A DNA stretch of 64,000 nt from an uncultured Methanomicrobiales archaeon (GTDB lineage: Archaea; Halobacteriota; Methanomicrobia; Methanomicrobiales; Methanospirillaceae), in NCBI GenBank assembly GCA_963697895.1, contig OY969100.1:2027726-2091725 (forward strand), in the 5' to 3' direction. Below are positions 61,496 through 64,000 of the stretch, piece by piece. Under the pieces are notes generated by a model. It was not told the DNA's origin, did no database searches, and saw only the letters and a program-made list of their open reading frames with translations. How positions within the stretch are numbered: position 1 is the stretch's first letter; every line of letters begins with the position of its first letter. A program made the position numbers and the translations under genes.

Positions 61496-61545
61496 AACTC
61501 ACCTCATTCAGGAGGAACCCTCCTTCATCACTCATCAGTCAGCGA
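61496..61545 (-). promoter_or_regulatory. K-turn/K-loop-type L7Ae-binding element in the rpl7ae 5' UTR
   Basis: Minus strand CTGA-CTGATGA-GTGATGA-AGGAGG-GTT-CCTC-CTGA immediately before SD GAGGTG. Confidence 0.7.
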
Positions 61546-61647
61546 CGATGTAGCCATATCAATTCAACAGGAACGGAAATAAAGGTTTGTGAATACGCCG
61601 TAACGCCTCCAGGAGCCCCCGATCACCGGTTGTTCGGGCGGAACTTG

Positions 61648-63711
61648 CTAGGCGGGAACGATCCGGTATATCTGGACTCCCTGCTGGTCATAGATCTCAG
61701 AAAGCCCCGTTTCAGGGAGCGATATCTGATACCGCTCCCGTTCGGCGTCCCCGACATAGAGGAGATTCAGACCGTACTTCTCCATGAGGGAAACCGTCTT
61801 CCCGGGATCCTCATAGATCATCCGCACGTCCGTGGCACGATCCCCGTACACCCCGCTCACCTGCCCCCGCCACATGTACTCGTGAAACGGCATGCCGATG
61901 ATAGTGGGAATACCGGTAAACGAGGAGATCCGCGAGTAATAGGTATAGTCTCCCCCCTCTGCCTCGGCGATTCCGGTAACTCCCGGGAGCGACCGGAGGT
62001 ACGCGACCGCCGCGGCATCACCGGGATGAGCCGTCGACAGGTACGAAAGCCCGTCGAGGGTGTGGTCCCGGTAGGGAAAGTCAAGGGGTATAACGAGGGG
62101 AATGGCGAGGAAGAGCGCAATAACCACAACCACCGCGATCCATTTCGCCTTCACGCCCCCGAGACCTGGCCGGATCCGGGGAATGAGCAGCTCACCGAGC
62201 ATGACAAACGCGGCTGTTCCCATGAGGAGCCATGCCGGGAGATAGAGTTTGAAGACGGTGTTCATCCGGTAATACACATCGCCCATATTGTCCTTGAGGT
62301 ACAGGAATTCGCAGAATATGATGATCGCCAGGCCGACTGCGGCGAGTATCTCCGGAACGGTAAGTTTCTTCCGGGCGATAAAGTAACAGAGCGGCACGAG
62401 CGCGATCGCCGCAGCAGGAAAACCGGCGATGGCGACGATGACCGGGATCAGGAGGAGCCAGGGCCGGCGTATGATATCCCGGGCGAGATACCATACGAAG
62501 ATTCCGATGAAAAACCCGTGAATGAGGAGGAACGGGACGGGATCCGTAGGGGTGGTCACCAGGAAGATGCCCTGGACACCGAGCGTATCCATCTGCAGGT
62601 AGTACGGAAGGTAGGCAAGTACCGAAAGAACGGGGACAACAACAAGAAACCCCCATGGGGCGGAGATGAGGGCATTCAGGCGTCCCGGCCCCCGGATGAT
62701 CTGTTTCAGCCCTCCGGTGATGTCCGGGAGGATACGCGATCGGAACGGGGTCTTCTCACTCCGGTACCAGATAATGATACCGAAAAGGAGCGTGATCGGG
62801 GCATAGATGAGCACATCCCAGGTATTTATCGGGGGTAGGGACCCCAGACCGAGCCCGACGAGGGCTGCCAGAACCCAGCGGGCCCCCGGGGTCTGGTCCT
62901 TCCAGGACCGGCATGCCACGATCAGGAGGAGGATGAGGTAGAGTTGTACCCCGATACTAATCACATGGGCATGCAGGTCTCCCCAGACGAATGAGAATGC
63001 CGGGTATTCCTGGATCGTATTCGGGATCGTCCGCGTGCTGTCCCAGAGGACCGCGCCGGGAGCTTTTCCCTGGAGGAGGCCGACGATGAAGGAGGGGTTC
63101 GGGATGAGCAGCGTGAGCAGGGGCAGCCAGCGGAACCGCGGGAGAAGGAGGTGCCCTATGGCGTACAGGTTGACGGCTGCAAGGCCGAAGATCGTCGGAA
63201 GGGCGAGGTTGAAGGTGATGGGGGAGGGGACGGCGCTCACGTTGCCGAGGGCCCCGATCATCCAGTACCCGAGATAGTAGTACGTATTCAGGGTACCGCC
63301 GGCAAACCAGGGATCGAGGGGGGGAACCACCGGATCCCGCATCACCGAAGCGAGGAATGCATGATCCATGAACTTTTCCGCATACGAGATGCTCGGGTTC
63401 ACGAACCGCACCTCGAGCATGAAGAGGAAGAAGATCAGGAATACGGCTTCCCACTTCCATACGCCGTGGAAAGCCTCCCGGGAATATTTGCCGGTGAAAA
63501 AGGCGTATACAAGGAGGATGACAAAAGGCACCATCGCTGCCGCGAGCGGGATCCGGGCGAGCCCGCAGTACCAGGTGATAAGCGTGAACAGGAGAACGCC
63601 TGCCGTGAAAGCGGCAGGATATGCGACCGATCCGAGAACCCGCCTGAGATAAGGCCATACGGCAAGCTGGATAACCGTGATCAGGAGGAGCCAGCGGGCC
63701 ACGTCGAACAA
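61648..63711 (-). CDS. DUF2298 (YYY) multi-pass membrane protein, putative GT-C glycosyltransferase
   Basis: EKFMD, DPWFAG, YYYLG, GDLHAH, NTWD and RMNTVFK. Confidence 0.88.
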   Translation of the reverse strand: MFDVARWLLLITVIQLAVWPYLRRVLGSVAYPAAFTAGVLLFTLITWYCGLARIPLAAAMVPFVILLVYAFFTGKYSREAFHGVWKWEAVFLIFFLFMLEVRFVNPSISYAEKFMDHAFLASVMRDPVVPPLDPWFAGGTLNTYYYLGYWMIGALGNVSAVPSPITFNLALPTIFGLAAVNLYAIGHLLLPRFRWLPLLTLLIPNPSFIVGLLQGKAPGAVLWDSTRTIPNTIQEYPAFSFVWGDLHAHVISIGVQLYLILLLIVACRSWKDQTPGARWVLAALVGLGLGSLPPINTWDVLIYAPITLLFGIIIWYRSEKTPFRSRILPDITGGLKQIIRGPGRLNALISAPWGFLVVVPVLSVLAYLPYYLQMDTLGVQGIFLVTTPTDPVPFLLIHGFFIGIFVWYLARDIIRRPWLLLIPVIVAIAGFPAAAIALVPLCYFIARKKLTVPEILAAVGLAIIIFCEFLYLKDNMGDVYYRMNTVFKLYLPAWLLMGTAAFVMLGELLIPRIRPGLGGVKAKWIAVVVVIALFLAIPLVIPLDFPYRDHTLDGLSYLSTAHPGDAAAVAYLRSLPGVTGIAEAEGGDYTYYSRISSFTGIPTIIGMPFHEYMWRGQVSGVYGDRATDVRMIYEDPGKTVSLMEKYGLNLLYVGDAERERYQISLPETGLSEIYDQQGVQIYRIVPA

Positions 63712-63718
63712 CTGGAAC

Positions 63719-64000
63719 TCAATGGTCAGCCTGACCGACCTCCTTTAATTCACGTTTCAGTGCCTTCCGGATCGTCGGCACCACCCAGTCGCCCATGAAA
63801 TGGATGGAGATGACCCCGCCGGCAAGGGTGACCAGGTTTTTGATCAGGTGGTCGATCACGGCGATGAGTGTTGCTACTGCCGGAGAGACCCCGGCAAGCG
63901 AGAACGTGGCGACCAGTGCCAGTTCATAGGTGCCGATCCCTCCGGGGGTGATCGGGATCGCCTTTACCAGATTCCCGATCACGATCGCAAGGACGATCAC
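63719..64000 (-). CDS. UPF0104/lysylphosphatidylglycerol-synthase-TM (flippase-like) protein, 3' part
   Basis: PITPGGIGTYE motif. Truncated by the window edge. Confidence 0.85.
   Translation of the reverse strand: MIVLAIVIGNLVKAIPITPGGIGTYELALVATFSLAGVSPAVATLIAVIDHLIKNLVTLAGGVISIHFMGDWVVPTIRKALKRELKEVGQADH

Noticed and set aside
61505-61540. Hammerhead ribozyme (CUGAUGA core) in the rpl7ae leader
   Set aside because: No GAAA or three-stem architecture; K-turn boxes explain the motif better.
1-64000. CRISPR arrays, IS elements, proviral genes
   Set aside because: No regularly spaced repeats, transposase, integrase or att duplication seen by eye.

Overview
Chromosomal core region of a hydrogenotrophic methanogenic archaeon, most likely Methanomicrobiales (Methanoregulaceae-like). 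This is inferred from gene content and order, not from a database search. The first ~27 kb is a methanogenesis supercluster: mcrBDCGA lies directly downstream of fwdG-fwdF-hdrCBA-mvhD-fwdDBAC, with a divergent ftr. Next is an apparent 8-gene operon in which the coenzyme B 2-oxoacid elongation genes (aksA/D/E/F-like) are interleaved with four uncharacterised genes: marker protein 11, a radical SAM enzyme, a truncated IorA-like TPP enzyme and a Cys-rich protein. The rest is housekeeping: nfo, endA, trpS, pheST, hisF, ahcY, ogg, nifB, mch, cdc6, a DUF98/RFAP-synthase fusion, apgM, marker 12, porCDAB, ndk, rpl24e/rps28e/rpl7ae and tRNA-Val(TAC). Features missed by the ORF track are a box C/D guide sRNA whose D' guide complements 23S helix 69, K-turn boxes in the rpl7ae leader, a decayed SAMP/MoaD gene and a frameshifted thrC. 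No CRISPR array, transposase or integrase was seen. The best candidate for an undescribed system is the extended aks operon, which may hold the missing late steps of coenzyme B biosynthesis.
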